Positions 55,658 to 64,000 of a stretch of 64,000 bases of DNA are shown piece by piece. The notes below the pieces were generated by a model. It was given only the letters and a program-made list of their open reading frames with translations. It was not told where the DNA came from and made no database searches. The position numbers were made by a program, and so were the translations under genes. The DNA comes from a virus, in the IMG/VR virus record IMGVR_UViG_3300046796_000369. One strand, 5' to 3'. Each line of letters starts with the position of its first letter. The stretch's first letter is position 1.

Positions 55658-56234
55658 ACGGATTCCTCCCTGCTGGAAAATTGTACTTGAATGAAAGCCC
55701 GCCGAAGGTGTTTGGCTTCGACCTCGGATCATCGTTCATCGTGTGACTGAGCAGCGCCGAAATAACCATCTCCGGCGTGAGATTGTAGGTCCCTGAACCG
55801 CTGAAGGTTCTCGACTGACCCGGCACCGTCGAAAAATTGGCTCCGATACCGCCACTGTCACCAAGTCGCTGGTTTAATCCGAAATTGAAATTCGGTCGAG
55901 TCGTCGATCCTTCAGGGCTCATGACGTGAGTGAACCCGCCGCCGAGATTGATCGGACCGGCGCGCAGGTTAAGGCTTGGAGAAATCGTCGACACGTTGGT
56001 ATTCGGGTCAACGCTGCCTGATGCCATAATGCGCGCTATCAGCGGGTCCATGTCCTGCGTGTAGGCAATGTTGCCTGAGCGCGCCGGTTCAGGAGGACGC
56101 TCCCACCACGGCGTCGGTGCTTTAGGTCGGCTCTCGTTGAAGGCAAACGAGAACGGCCCCGCCCCGCCCGACACTCCGGTCGTTGTGTCAGGTGACAGCA
56201 TCGCATAGAGACGAGCGAGGGCGTCGTCGGCCAT
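55647..56234 (-). CDS. Hypothetical protein with an amphipathic beta-strand C-terminus
   Basis: Alternating-strand pattern ending GLSFKYNF. Confidence 0.5.
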   Translation of the reverse strand: MADDALARLYAMLSPDTTTGVSGGAGPFSFAFNESRPKAPTPWWERPPEPARSGNIAYTQDMDPLIARIMASGSVDPNTNVSTISPSLNLRAGPINLGGGFTHVMSPEGSTTRPNFNFGLNQRLGDSGGIGANFSTVPGQSRTFSGSGTYNLTPEMVISALLSHTMNDDPRSKPNTFGGLSFKYNFPAGRNPYER

Positions 56235-56237
56235 GGA

Positions 56238-56375
56238 TCACCTCTTTTTCTTTTTAGATTTTCCCGCCGTGTTCATCGCAATCGCGATGGCCTGCTTCTG
56301 GGGTTTGCCCGCATGCATCTCCGTCCTGATGTTGGACGAGATGACTTTCTGGCTCGATCCTTTTTTGAGAGGCAT
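56238..56375 (-). CDS. Small basic phage protein (45 aa)
   Basis: Hand translation: [45 protein letters not shown]. Confidence 0.75.
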   Translation of the reverse strand: MPLKKGSSQKVISSNIRTEMHAGKPQKQAIAIAMNTAGKSKKKKR

Positions 56376-56536
56376 TACCCTATCCCATGAAGATTGCCGG
56401 TGAGGAACAAGATCAGGAGAATGATCAGCACAAGGCCAAGCACGCCGCCAAGCCCCGGCGCGCCCCAGTTCGCATGTCCATACCAGCCGCCGCCAAACAG
56501 CAGCAGCACTAGAATGATGACGATGATGAGCGTCAT
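56375..56536 (-). CDS. DUF3309-like small membrane protein
   Basis: [20 protein letters not shown]...[20 protein letters not shown]. Confidence 0.7.
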   Translation of the reverse strand: MTLIIVIILVLLLFGGGWYGHANWGAPGLGGVLGLVLIILLILFLTGNLHGIG

Positions 56537-56537
56537 G

Positions 56538-56708
56538 TCATCCCCTGACCGGGGGACCGAAGACTTGCCAGCCCAGCAGACCGAACAGGATGTAGCCGAC
56601 AACGCCGACACCGATGGGACCATAGGCACCAAGCACGGCGAAGTGCCAGCAGAGGGCGAGTATCAGCAGGATGATCATGATCACCCAGAACAGAAGACCT
56701 CGGGTCAT
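56538..56708 (-). CDS. Small two-TM membrane protein (56 aa)
   Basis: MTRGLLFWVIMII...ILFGLLGWQVFGPPVRG. Confidence 0.65.
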   Translation of the reverse strand: MTRGLLFWVIMIILLILALCWHFAVLGAYGPIGVGVVGYILFGLLGWQVFGPPVRG

Positions 56709-56914
56709 CGCCTTGTCCTCCCGCCACCACAGAATTTGGGATCGTCATGGTACTGAACCTTGCCGCCCTTTTTCATGGGGGCAAAAGCCTGCGCCGGAAT
56801 GTTAGGCTGGAAAGCATCCATCGGCGATGCCGCAGCCTGCATGGGTTTCGTCATCTTGGCGATGGCGGGCATCTTGGGACGTCCTACTGCTACTCCAAAA
56901 TTCTTGCGAGCCAT
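56705..56914 (-). CDS. Small basic protein with an MKKGGKV motif
   Basis: AGGAGG RBS; 69 aa. Confidence 0.6.
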   Translation of the reverse strand: MARKNFGVAVGRPKMPAIAKMTKPMQAAASPMDAFQPNIPAQAFAPMKKGGKVQYHDDPKFCGGGRTRR

Positions 56915-56922
56915 GGTTCCTC

Positions 56923-59622
56923 CTATTCACTAACGGCGCTACCTGTCGTCATGTTGCCGGGACCTTTGATCTTGGCCAGCTTCACCGCAGTCTCGTTGCC
57001 CATCTCTTCGATTTCCACTTTCGATTCGTTCGCCGCATCAGCCACCGCCTCGCGCGATTCGTTGGTGGCGTCGATGCCGTCAAGACGCGCCTGATTGGCT
57101 TCTTGCGCGGTCTTGGCCTTTAGCTGATCCGCGTGCGCCTGCGCAAACGTCTTCTCCCGGTCGCTCTGCTCTTTCAGAGAGAGTTCGCGATCACGCAAGT
57201 CACGATCACGCTCCTTGCCCTCCGCATCGGTCTGCATCTTGGTCTGGTCGAGCATGGCCTTGCGATCATCGGCCTGCTGCTTGGTCTGGGCCTGCACGAT
57301 CTGAAGCTGCGTCTTCTTCTCGTCGCCCACCGCCTTGGCCTGATCGGCAGCCTCCTGCCGCGTCACGTCCTTCATGGCGACGACGCTCGGGTCCATCGGC
57401 ATCGGCGGAGCGAGCCGTTGCTGGAGCATCTGGGCCTGCGCGATGATCGCCGGGAGACGCGCAAGCTGTTCATCCGCGAAGTCCATGACCTCGGGCGTCA
57501 ACTCGGCCAGCAGACGGTCCAGCGGGGCCTCGTAGACCGGTCCGGCCATGCTCTCGATGGTGAGTTGAGGATCGCCGGTCTTCTCACGCAGCGCCACGTT
57601 GGCGGCGTCGAGCATGGCATCGGCGTACCACAAGGCGATGTGCTCGCTGAGATGTGGCAGGATGATCGGCAGGTACTTGGTCGCAATGATCGGGTTCGAT
57701 CCGAACAATGGCGACTGGATAAACGCGCAATGCGTCGCCAGATGGGCTTCGTGATCCTGACCGGGGAACGCCTTGATGGGCTGGCCATTGGCCGCGGTGG
57801 TGTTCTCGGCAACCGCGTTCTGCTGGACCGGCTCGGGCGACGGAATGAGGAACTGGTCGGGATCGGGAACCTTCATCTGCTTGAGGAAGTATTTCTCCGA
57901 GGCCCGCAGATTATAAATCTGCGGCAGCAGGGTCGCGCGCTGCGTGATGACCTGCGCCATCGACTGGCGCTGAATGTCGCTGAAGATGCGCGGATCGGAA
58001 ACCGGGACGATGCGCATCGGCCCTTGGAAGTCTTCTTTCCGGACGATCAGTTCACCGAACTGATCCTGTATCTTGACGTTGTCGACGGTCTCGGCGTTGA
58101 TGTCCCACAACTGGCGCAGAAAGCGAGCCATCGAGCGATGAAGACGACCGTGAACCGCCCCGAAGTTCTTGAGCCCCTGCTCAATGAACATGTTGGCCGT
58201 ACCGACTGGTGTCTGCCCGCCGAATTTGTCGAACTCATCGAATGTGGTCCGGATCACCCCCTGCGCCGCGTCTACAAGGAAGCCCAGAAGGTTGAAGAGT
58301 ACCGAGGATGGCGGCGGGAATGGTAGCGGCATGTAGGTCTTGCGCACGTCGTCCTGCGACAGCGAGCCCTGCATCTCCGTCGTCTGCATCGGCTGGGCCT
58401 TGATATTCTGCCCGCCTGCCGTCGCGCCGCCCTTGAGCCGCACACCTGTCTGGCTGTTATTGAGATGCGCCGCATCCATCAGGGCGCGCAGCGCTCCGGT
58501 CGCCGCGCCCGACAGGCCGCCAATCATGTGCGTCATGCCGATGGGGTAGCCGCCGCGCCACGGGTAGAACGGCCATTCGATAACGAAGTCTAGGCGCTTC
58601 TGGTCTTGGTCCTGCGGCTTCCAGTTGCGGTAGATCGCCAGACACTTACGTGACTGCTCGTCGACCGTCATGATGTAGGGCTCGGCCGGATCGTCGTCGT
58701 CGTTCAGGCCAACCATGACGGACGACTCGAACACACGACGCACTGAATCTATGTTCTCGGTCGGCTGATCGCGGCCCACGATGCGGTCGTTGGACTGCTC
58801 GGAGCGCGTCGATTCAGGAATATCCGATGACGACTCGACGTCCACCACATCAAGCCACAGACCGGTCCGGACGTTGTCGGTGAATGCCCACTTGTCGACA
58901 TCCATTTCGTGCGTAATACGCGGCTGGGTGTAGATCGACCCGTCGCTCCACGGCCGATGTACCTTGTCGATGGGAATCGCGATCACCGACATGCCCTGCG
59001 CTTCATAGAGCGTCTTGGTGTAGAACGCGCCGCCCAGAGAGCACTGGGTGAAGCCCATCTCGAACTCGTAGGCCACGTTGGGCATCAGTTCAGTAAGCTG
59101 GAGGTTCATATAGCGCGCCACGCGCTCGCCAATGTCGTCCTTCTGCTGAGACGGCTCGCCAATCGTCTTGGCCTTCACCGGTCCCTCGGGCGGCATCATC
59201 TCGTTCATGATGCGCGAGGCGAAGTCGATGGCCGAAGCCGTCAACATCGGGTGGACGACTCGCGAGGCACCGGGGAAGGTGGCACCGCCGGGAGCGTCGT
59301 CACCAAGGCCTGTACGGCGCAGGCCCTCCTCGTACTGCTTGTCGCGCTTGGCGCGTGCCTGCTTGTCTATCTCGATGGAATCGAGCAGGTCGGACGCCAG
59401 CTTGTCGAGCCGCGTCGGATCGAGCGTCTCGGCCAGATTGGCAAAGTGGTCCTGCATGCTGGAGGGCGGCGGACCCGGCGGCATGTTGACGTCGACATTG
59501 CCCTGCTCGTCGATGGTGAGATCGGAATCCGGGGGAGTCGTCGTGCTCAGGACCGACTGGCCCAGATCACTGCCCGGCTCTGCGTAGGGGTCCTGCGCGC
59601 CGGGATCGAACGGGTTTGACAT
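56923..59622 (-). CDS. Portal protein
   Basis: HFANLAE..R..W...Y..GL..P.PGA..V.HP; FY.L.F..L.G...AAT..LR.L.DA..N; C-terminal coiled coil. Confidence 0.88.
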   Translation of the reverse strand: MSNPFDPGAQDPYAEPGSDLGQSVLSTTTPPDSDLTIDEQGNVDVNMPPGPPPSSMQDHFANLAETLDPTRLDKLASDLLDSIEIDKQARAKRDKQYEEGLRRTGLGDDAPGGATFPGASRVVHPMLTASAIDFASRIMNEMMPPEGPVKAKTIGEPSQQKDDIGERVARYMNLQLTELMPNVAYEFEMGFTQCSLGGAFYTKTLYEAQGMSVIAIPIDKVHRPWSDGSIYTQPRITHEMDVDKWAFTDNVRTGLWLDVVDVESSSDIPESTRSEQSNDRIVGRDQPTENIDSVRRVFESSVMVGLNDDDDPAEPYIMTVDEQSRKCLAIYRNWKPQDQDQKRLDFVIEWPFYPWRGGYPIGMTHMIGGLSGAATGALRALMDAAHLNNSQTGVRLKGGATAGGQNIKAQPMQTTEMQGSLSQDDVRKTYMPLPFPPPSSVLFNLLGFLVDAAQGVIRTTFDEFDKFGGQTPVGTANMFIEQGLKNFGAVHGRLHRSMARFLRQLWDINAETVDNVKIQDQFGELIVRKEDFQGPMRIVPVSDPRIFSDIQRQSMAQVITQRATLLPQIYNLRASEKYFLKQMKVPDPDQFLIPSPEPVQQNAVAENTTAANGQPIKAFPGQDHEAHLATHCAFIQSPLFGSNPIIATKYLPIILPHLSEHIALWYADAMLDAANVALREKTGDPQLTIESMAGPVYEAPLDRLLAELTPEVMDFADEQLARLPAIIAQAQMLQQRLAPPMPMDPSVVAMKDVTRQEAADQAKAVGDEKKTQLQIVQAQTKQQADDRKAMLDQTKMQTDAEGKERDRDLRDRELSLKEQSDREKTFAQAHADQLKAKTAQEANQARLDGIDATNESREAVADAANESKVEIEEMGNETAVKLAKIKGPGNMTTGSAVSE

Positions 59623-62600
59623 CAGAAGCTCCCTTGAATGCTAAGAGAGCCCCTGATCGGGTTGTTACCGCCCGCTCCACCACCCGTCCCGTTCATGCCG
59701 CCGCTCAACGCGCCCACGCCCTGACCGAGACCCTGCGGTGTCGGCGGCGGCATCGGCATGACGGAGTTGGCCATGTTGTTCAGGACGTTCTGCGGCTGGC
59801 CGGTATTGCCGGGCATGCTGGGCGGAACCTGTGCCGATTGTGGAGCCATGCTCCAATCCGCAGGTCTCCCCGTGAGCCAGTCAATTGGGCTATCGATCAA
59901 CTGACGAGGCTGTCCGTCGGGACCGTTCTGTCCCCACTGCGGCGTGTTCATGACCGACCCCATCGATCCCGGCGGACCGTTCTGTCCCCACTGCGGCGTG
60001 TTCATGACCGACCCCATCGACCCCGGCGGCTGCACAGGCCCGCCGTCATCGAAGCCGGGGACGTAGCCGCCCATCGCGTAGTTCATCACATGGTAGCCAA
60101 GCATGTCGTCGTCGACCGAACCGCCCGCGGCGTATATTGGCGGAATCTCCGGAACAGCAGCGCCTGCGCCACCCGCTCCACCCGCGCCGCCGAACATCTT
60201 CGCGATCATGGGCAGCGCGCTGAGACCCATGTTGAAGGCGCTCGATCCGCTGGAGCCCTGCCCAGCCTGCCCTGCACCCTGCGGCGCGGGCAGCGGAGGA
60301 AGCGTCGGAGGAGGCTGCACCTGTTTCTGCCCCGGTACATCGCCGAACTGGTCGACCGCGCCGGGGATGATGCCCTTGACGAACGCCATCGGGTCGCCAC
60401 CGAGACGCGCAGACAGCGCTCCGCTTCCGACTACGCCCCCGTCGTCGAACTCAGGGAGACGGCGAGGGAAGTTGTCCCTGAGAAGATTGTACATGCCACT
60501 GATTCCTTTTTTGATCGGCACAGTCTGCTCATCGGCCGCGTGCTTGATCTTGGCCATGTAGCTCGGCGCTGGATTTAGAAAAGAGGAAGCCATCGACATC
60601 AACGGCTGGGTTCCCATCTGGAACGGCAGAGTCGTAGCGAAGGGCAGCACATCAGCAAGATCACGCAAGCCCGGATGAATGTTATCGCGAGCACCCTGCG
60701 TCATCGCCTTCTGTCTGCCCACCTCGGCCGCATAGTCAAGCTGGTCGGGGTTCGTACCGTAGCGTGCAGCGATGTTATGGCTCAAGCCTCCGCTCATGTT
60801 CTCCAGCAGGATGCGGTTCATCATGCCCAACTGGCTGTTGGCCTGATCATTAGGGTTGTACTCTTTTCCTGACCACAACTCAGCCTGATTGGCCCTGTAA
60901 TCAGAAATGCGCTTACCAAGATTTCCGAGATAGGAGCGCACGGGGTCCGTGCGTGTACCTGCATTCTGTAGGCGCTCCATCGACGCGCGTCTCTCGGCCG
61001 CGGTCGGCGTCAACCGGAACTCGCCGAAGTCGTCGCGTGGATTGCTGAAATTGTAATCGGTCGTGCCGATGGCCGGATAATCTGAATCGGGCGGACCGCC
61101 ATCTTGGAAGTGCTGTACCGGACCGCCCTCCGCCTTGTTGTAGTCATCCCACGCGAAACTCGGCAGCAAACCAACCTTCTGGTCGGCATAGACGGTATCG
61201 TCCTGCGACGCTCCCCGATTGCGCTCGGCGTAGGGGCCGAAATTGGCCCATGAGTTTTGCCCGCGCAGTTCGCTGGTCATGGCGGGGATCGCATCGTCGG
61301 AGTAGAGCCGCGCATGGGCGCGCCATGCGCGATCCTCGCCCTTGTGACGGAAGTACGGATTGCCCGGTCCGAAGTGGCCGTACATGTCGTGGACGATGCG
61401 AAAGGCATCGTTGACCCGCGCATCTGGCAGGTCGCCAATCTGGCCCGCCTTCGTCATCTCCAGCGGATGATTGAGCGTCTCGTTGACCGAACCGAAGCCA
61501 CCCTCGGTCGGGAACACCTTGAGCCGGTTGTTGGCCAGCACGTCGTGATAGCCCAGAGCGGGCGACTCCTTGTAGGGGTTGCCCTCGCCGGGCTTGAGGA
61601 ACTCGAACTGCGTTCCGAGCGGCCGAAGCGCCCTGTACTGATCCATCGTCTCGTCGATCAGCGCCTCGTAGGAGCGCTTGGTGGCGGGATCAAACGGATT
61701 GTGCTGCATCGACTCGTAGGCCTCGGCGACCTTGCGGGCACGGTCCTCGTCGAAGGCCGGGAACGACTCGACAGGATAGTCTCTGCCCTGCTTGCGCGCG
61801 AAACCGCCCGCGATGTCCTCAATCTCCTTGATCGGATAGCTCGGCATCTCGCCCACGCCGGGCAGCTTGACCGTCTTGGGCTTGCCCTCGGCCAGCCTGT
61901 TGAGAGTGCTCAGGACGCCCTTCTTGACGAAGCCCTCGGGACCGCCGAACTCGGGGACCATGCCGCCCTCGTCGTACGCGCCCGCCTTGCCGGTGATGAT
62001 CAGATCGCGCGCCGTCTCGGGTGACACGCCGAGTCGTTGCGCTGCCTTCATGATCTGACCAGACAGCAGTTCCAGCTTGGGCGAGCCGATGGTGCGCACG
62101 CCGGTTTGCGGCCCCAGCACGTTCCAGATCATCGCCTGAAGATCGCGCGGGTACATGTCGACTTTTCTGCTGGCCTGCTGCCACCACGGCAGGAAGTCGT
62201 CGTACTCTGGGTTGGTCAGTTCCTTGAACAGACTGTCCTGAGACTTGGCCGTTCTCACATCGCCGTAGCCAACGCCGCGAGAAATGTGCGAATCGGCAAT
62301 TGGACTGCGCGGGTCGGACCAGATCGGATCGGTCGCCTGAACGTACGTCGGCACCTTGTGCCGGTCACTCCACAGCTTGCCGCTGGCTTCGAGGTTGATC
62401 AGGCCGGGGACATGCGCGGTCGTATGGTAGGCGTGGCTCGGCGCATCAAGCATGTCGGGAGGGAAGTTCTCCATCTCGTAACGACTCGGGATGTAGACGC
62501 CCTTCTTGGTCGAACCCTTCTCGCTGACACCGCCGAAATTGACGTAGTCTCCGAGCCGCCCCTGCTCGGCCATCATGTTGGCCAGCGTTCCTCGATTGGT

Positions 62601-64000
62601 CTCCGATACCGGTGACGCGCCCGCCGAATGCAGTCCGGTGCGCGCGTTGAACATGCGCTGATAGGCAGGATCGGTACCGAGGTAGCTCATGCGATCCCAC
62701 AGCGGCTGCATCTCGTACCACGACCGCGTCAACCTCAATGTCGGATCATCCAGAGCCGCCTCGGCGATATTGGTGATGCGGTTCATGTTGCGGCCGGTCA
62801 GGACCTGCGGCGATATCGCCGAACCGCGCCCGTTCTTGGGACGATAGGCGGGCGGTACCAACAGCAGGTTGGAGTAGTCACGCGCCGACTGCATCTCGTC
62901 CAGTTCATTGCGCCCGACACCGAACAGGCGACGCATAGCCTCCTCATCGCCCGCGTCGTACTTGGCCTTGGCCTCCGCGATAAGCTGAGATGGTGGTTTA
63001 TAGATGCCGGGGAAGCTGAGTCGTCGCGGATCATCAACCGTCTGGATGCTCGGCACCGGATTGAGCAGGATCGGCGCAGACTTGGGCTTGCGTGCCGCGT
63101 TGAGTTGTTTTTCCTGTTCGTTGAGCCGGGCAATGCGACGGCTCAATGCGGCCTCGGCTTTATCCTTCAAACCAACCTGTGTCAGAGCACCGACGTCGCT
63201 CAGGTCCGCGCCGCTATTGTCGGGTGCATTGCCGATGTCGCTCAGGTCGGCTGATGTATCGTCGGGCGCGTAGCCGATTTCGCCAAGACCACCAAAGCGA
63301 TAATTGCGCACGGCACCACCCTTGGATTTCTCGCGGTTGACGATGTCGATCAGGTCGGACGACTGCGGGAAGACAACGTAGTTGCGCGTGTCGCCCGATC
63401 CCTGACGACTGAACTTGTCGAGAAAGCGAACACCGGGGAAGCCTACTTCACTGAGATACGCTGACGTGTGCTTCTTGGGATCAGTGTCGCCACGCATCCA
63501 GTCGGAGCCCATCAACGATTCAGGCAACGACTCGTGGACATCGGGGGTCGTCAAAGAATGAAACAGTTCCCTGCCCTCATAGGCTCCGGGATCGGCGCTG
63601 AATGGATTGAGGCCATGATTTTCAACGTGATAGTCGAGTGCGTCCCGCACCTTTGGATGAATGCGGTTCCATGTGTTTGAATCGACCGGCGCATCCCAGT
63701 CGAAGAACTCGCTCGGCTTGGCGTTAAGGTCGAGGTGATAGAGCCAGCCCGGCTTCTGCGTGCCGTAGCCGGGAGGCAGGCCCTCCATGATCGCCTTGAT
63801 GTTCTCAGGCGAGTAGCGTTCGCCGCCTGCGCGTACGCCGAGACCATGCGCGATTCTTGATTCATCTTCGCCGCGAGCCGCACGTTCCCTGATCGACTTG
63901 GCGAGCAGGGAAAGCATGCGCGGGTCTTCGTCGTAAGGCAGATGCATGCCCGCCAGCGACTCAAGGACACGCTGCGATTCAAGATCGTCGACCGGCAATC
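59622..64000 (-). CDS. Giant multidomain (polyvalent-like) virion protein, at least 1458 aa, probably truncated at the right edge
   Basis: The tracked start is a TTG at the edge. Domains include WLY..DL....FDWD...GVRFLD..SR....TRNYVVF (ART-associated type), an HDMYGH domain, and a low-complexity C-terminus. Confidence 0.7.
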   Translation of the reverse strand, partial: LPVDDLESQRVLESLAGMHLPYDEDPRMLSLLAKSIRERAARGEDESRIAHGLGVRAGGERYSPENIKAIMEGLPPGYGTQKPGWLYHLDLNAKPSEFFDWDAPVDSNTWNRIHPKVRDALDYHVENHGLNPFSADPGAYEGRELFHSLTTPDVHESLPESLMGSDWMRGDTDPKKHTSAYLSEVGFPGVRFLDKFSRQGSGDTRNYVVFPQSSDLIDIVNREKSKGGAVRNYRFGGLGEIGYAPDDTSADLSDIGNAPDNSGADLSDVGALTQVGLKDKAEAALSRRIARLNEQEKQLNAARKPKSAPILLNPVPSIQTVDDPRRLSFPGIYKPPSQLIAEAKAKYDAGDEEAMRRLFGVGRNELDEMQSARDYSNLLLVPPAYRPKNGRGSAISPQVLTGRNMNRITNIAEAALDDPTLRLTRSWYEMQPLWDRMSYLGTDPAYQRMFNARTGLHSAGASPVSETNRGTLANMMAEQGRLGDYVNFGGVSEKGSTKKGVYIPSRYEMENFPPDMLDAPSHAYHTTAHVPGLINLEASGKLWSDRHKVPTYVQATDPIWSDPRSPIADSHISRGVGYGDVRTAKSQDSLFKELTNPEYDDFLPWWQQASRKVDMYPRDLQAMIWNVLGPQTGVRTIGSPKLELLSGQIMKAAQRLGVSPETARDLIITGKAGAYDEGGMVPEFGGPEGFVKKGVLSTLNRLAEGKPKTVKLPGVGEMPSYPIKEIEDIAGGFARKQGRDYPVESFPAFDEDRARKVAEAYESMQHNPFDPATKRSYEALIDETMDQYRALRPLGTQFEFLKPGEGNPYKESPALGYHDVLANNRLKVFPTEGGFGSVNETLNHPLEMTKAGQIGDLPDARVNDAFRIVHDMYGHFGPGNPYFRHKGEDRAWRAHARLYSDDAIPAMTSELRGQNSWANFGPYAERNRGASQDDTVYADQKVGLLPSFAWDDYNKAEGGPVQHFQDGGPPDSDYPAIGTTDYNFSNPRDDFGEFRLTPTAAERRASMERLQNAGTRTDPVRSYLGNLGKRISDYRANQAELWSGKEYNPNDQANSQLGMMNRILLENMSGGLSHNIAARYGTNPDQLDYAAEVGRQKAMTQGARDNIHPGLRDLADVLPFATTLPFQMGTQPLMSMASSFLNPAPSYMAKIKHAADEQTVPIKKGISGMYNLLRDNFPRRLPEFDDGGVVGSGALSARLGGDPMAFVKGIIPGAVDQFGDVPGQKQVQPPPTLPPLPAPQGAGQAGQGSSGSSAFNMGLSALPMIAKMFGGAGGAGGAGAAVPEIPPIYAAGGSVDDDMLGYHVMNYAMGGYVPGFDDGGPVQPPGSMGSVMNTPQWGQNGPPGSMGSVMNTPQWGQNGPDGQPRQLIDSPIDWLTGRPADWSMAPQSAQVPPSMPGNTGQPQNVLNNMANSVMPMPPPTPQGLGQGVGALSGGMNGTGGGAGGNNPIRGSLSIQGSF
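59920..60030. repeat. Tandem repeat encoding PPGSMGSVMNTPQWGQNGP twice
   Basis: ggaccgttctgtccccactgcggcgtgttcatgaccgaccccatcga occurs twice in frame. Confidence 0.85.

Larger units (their letters stand above)
620..63533. repeat. Dispersed heptamer GAGTCGT/ACGACTC, about 85 copies
   Basis: Manual scan of both strands, e.g. 620, 815, 1136, 1864, 2789, 3963, 11362, 20702, 41503+41510, 52886, 52902, 63527. Confidence 0.85.

Noticed and set aside
620-63533. ACGACTC is the core of the T7 promoter (TAATACGACTCACTATA)
   Set aside because: The TAAT and ACTATA flanks are not conserved, copies are mostly intragenic and on both strands, and no single-subunit RNA polymerase is in the window.
1-64000. 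tRNA, tmRNA, rRNA, CRISPR array, integrase/attP and stop-codon recoding
   Set aside because: No cloverleaf, array or recombinase motif was recognised by eye, and genes read intact in the standard code. tRNAscan, ARAGORN and Infernal were not run.

Overview
This window is most of the genome of a tailed dsDNA phage with podovirus-like morphogenesis genes, roughly 60-65% GC by eye. The host is probably an alphaproteobacterium (inference from a DUF3309-like membrane protein, a RepB-type primase and the promoter style). Layout: (1) 1-8.8 kb, minus strand: terminase large subunit (cut by the left edge), small accessory genes including a tandem Lar protein, an adenine methyltransferase and an Acb2/Tad1-like hairpin protein, then a VapE helicase and a RepB-like primase. 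(2) 9-25.5 kb: early and replication modules, four of them launched by copies of a conserved operator/promoter/hairpin/RBS cassette; they contain many small ORFs, an SSB-like protein, an amidoligase plus two gamma-glutamylcyclotransferases, family A DNA polymerase, an SNF2 helicase and a VRR-NUC-like nuclease. (3) 25.6-64 kb, minus strand: collagen-like and other tail fibres, ejection proteins including a GH73 hydrolase, tail and adaptor genes, two HNH insertions, major capsid, scaffold, GroES-like protein, portal, and a multidomain protein of at least 1458 aa that reaches the right edge. I found no tRNA, rRNA, CRISPR array, integrase, RNA polymerase or clear holin/endolysin pair. The most unusual signals are a roughly 10-fold genome-wide excess of the heptamer GAGTCGT/ACGACTC written through coding sequence, a recurring x-x-G-G peptide tag that separates the domains of the giant protein and recurs in the ejection proteins, and the four-copy promoter cassette with an invertible ATCGACAGGA box. 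All family assignments come from motif recognition by eye; no database searches were run, and all counts are manual.
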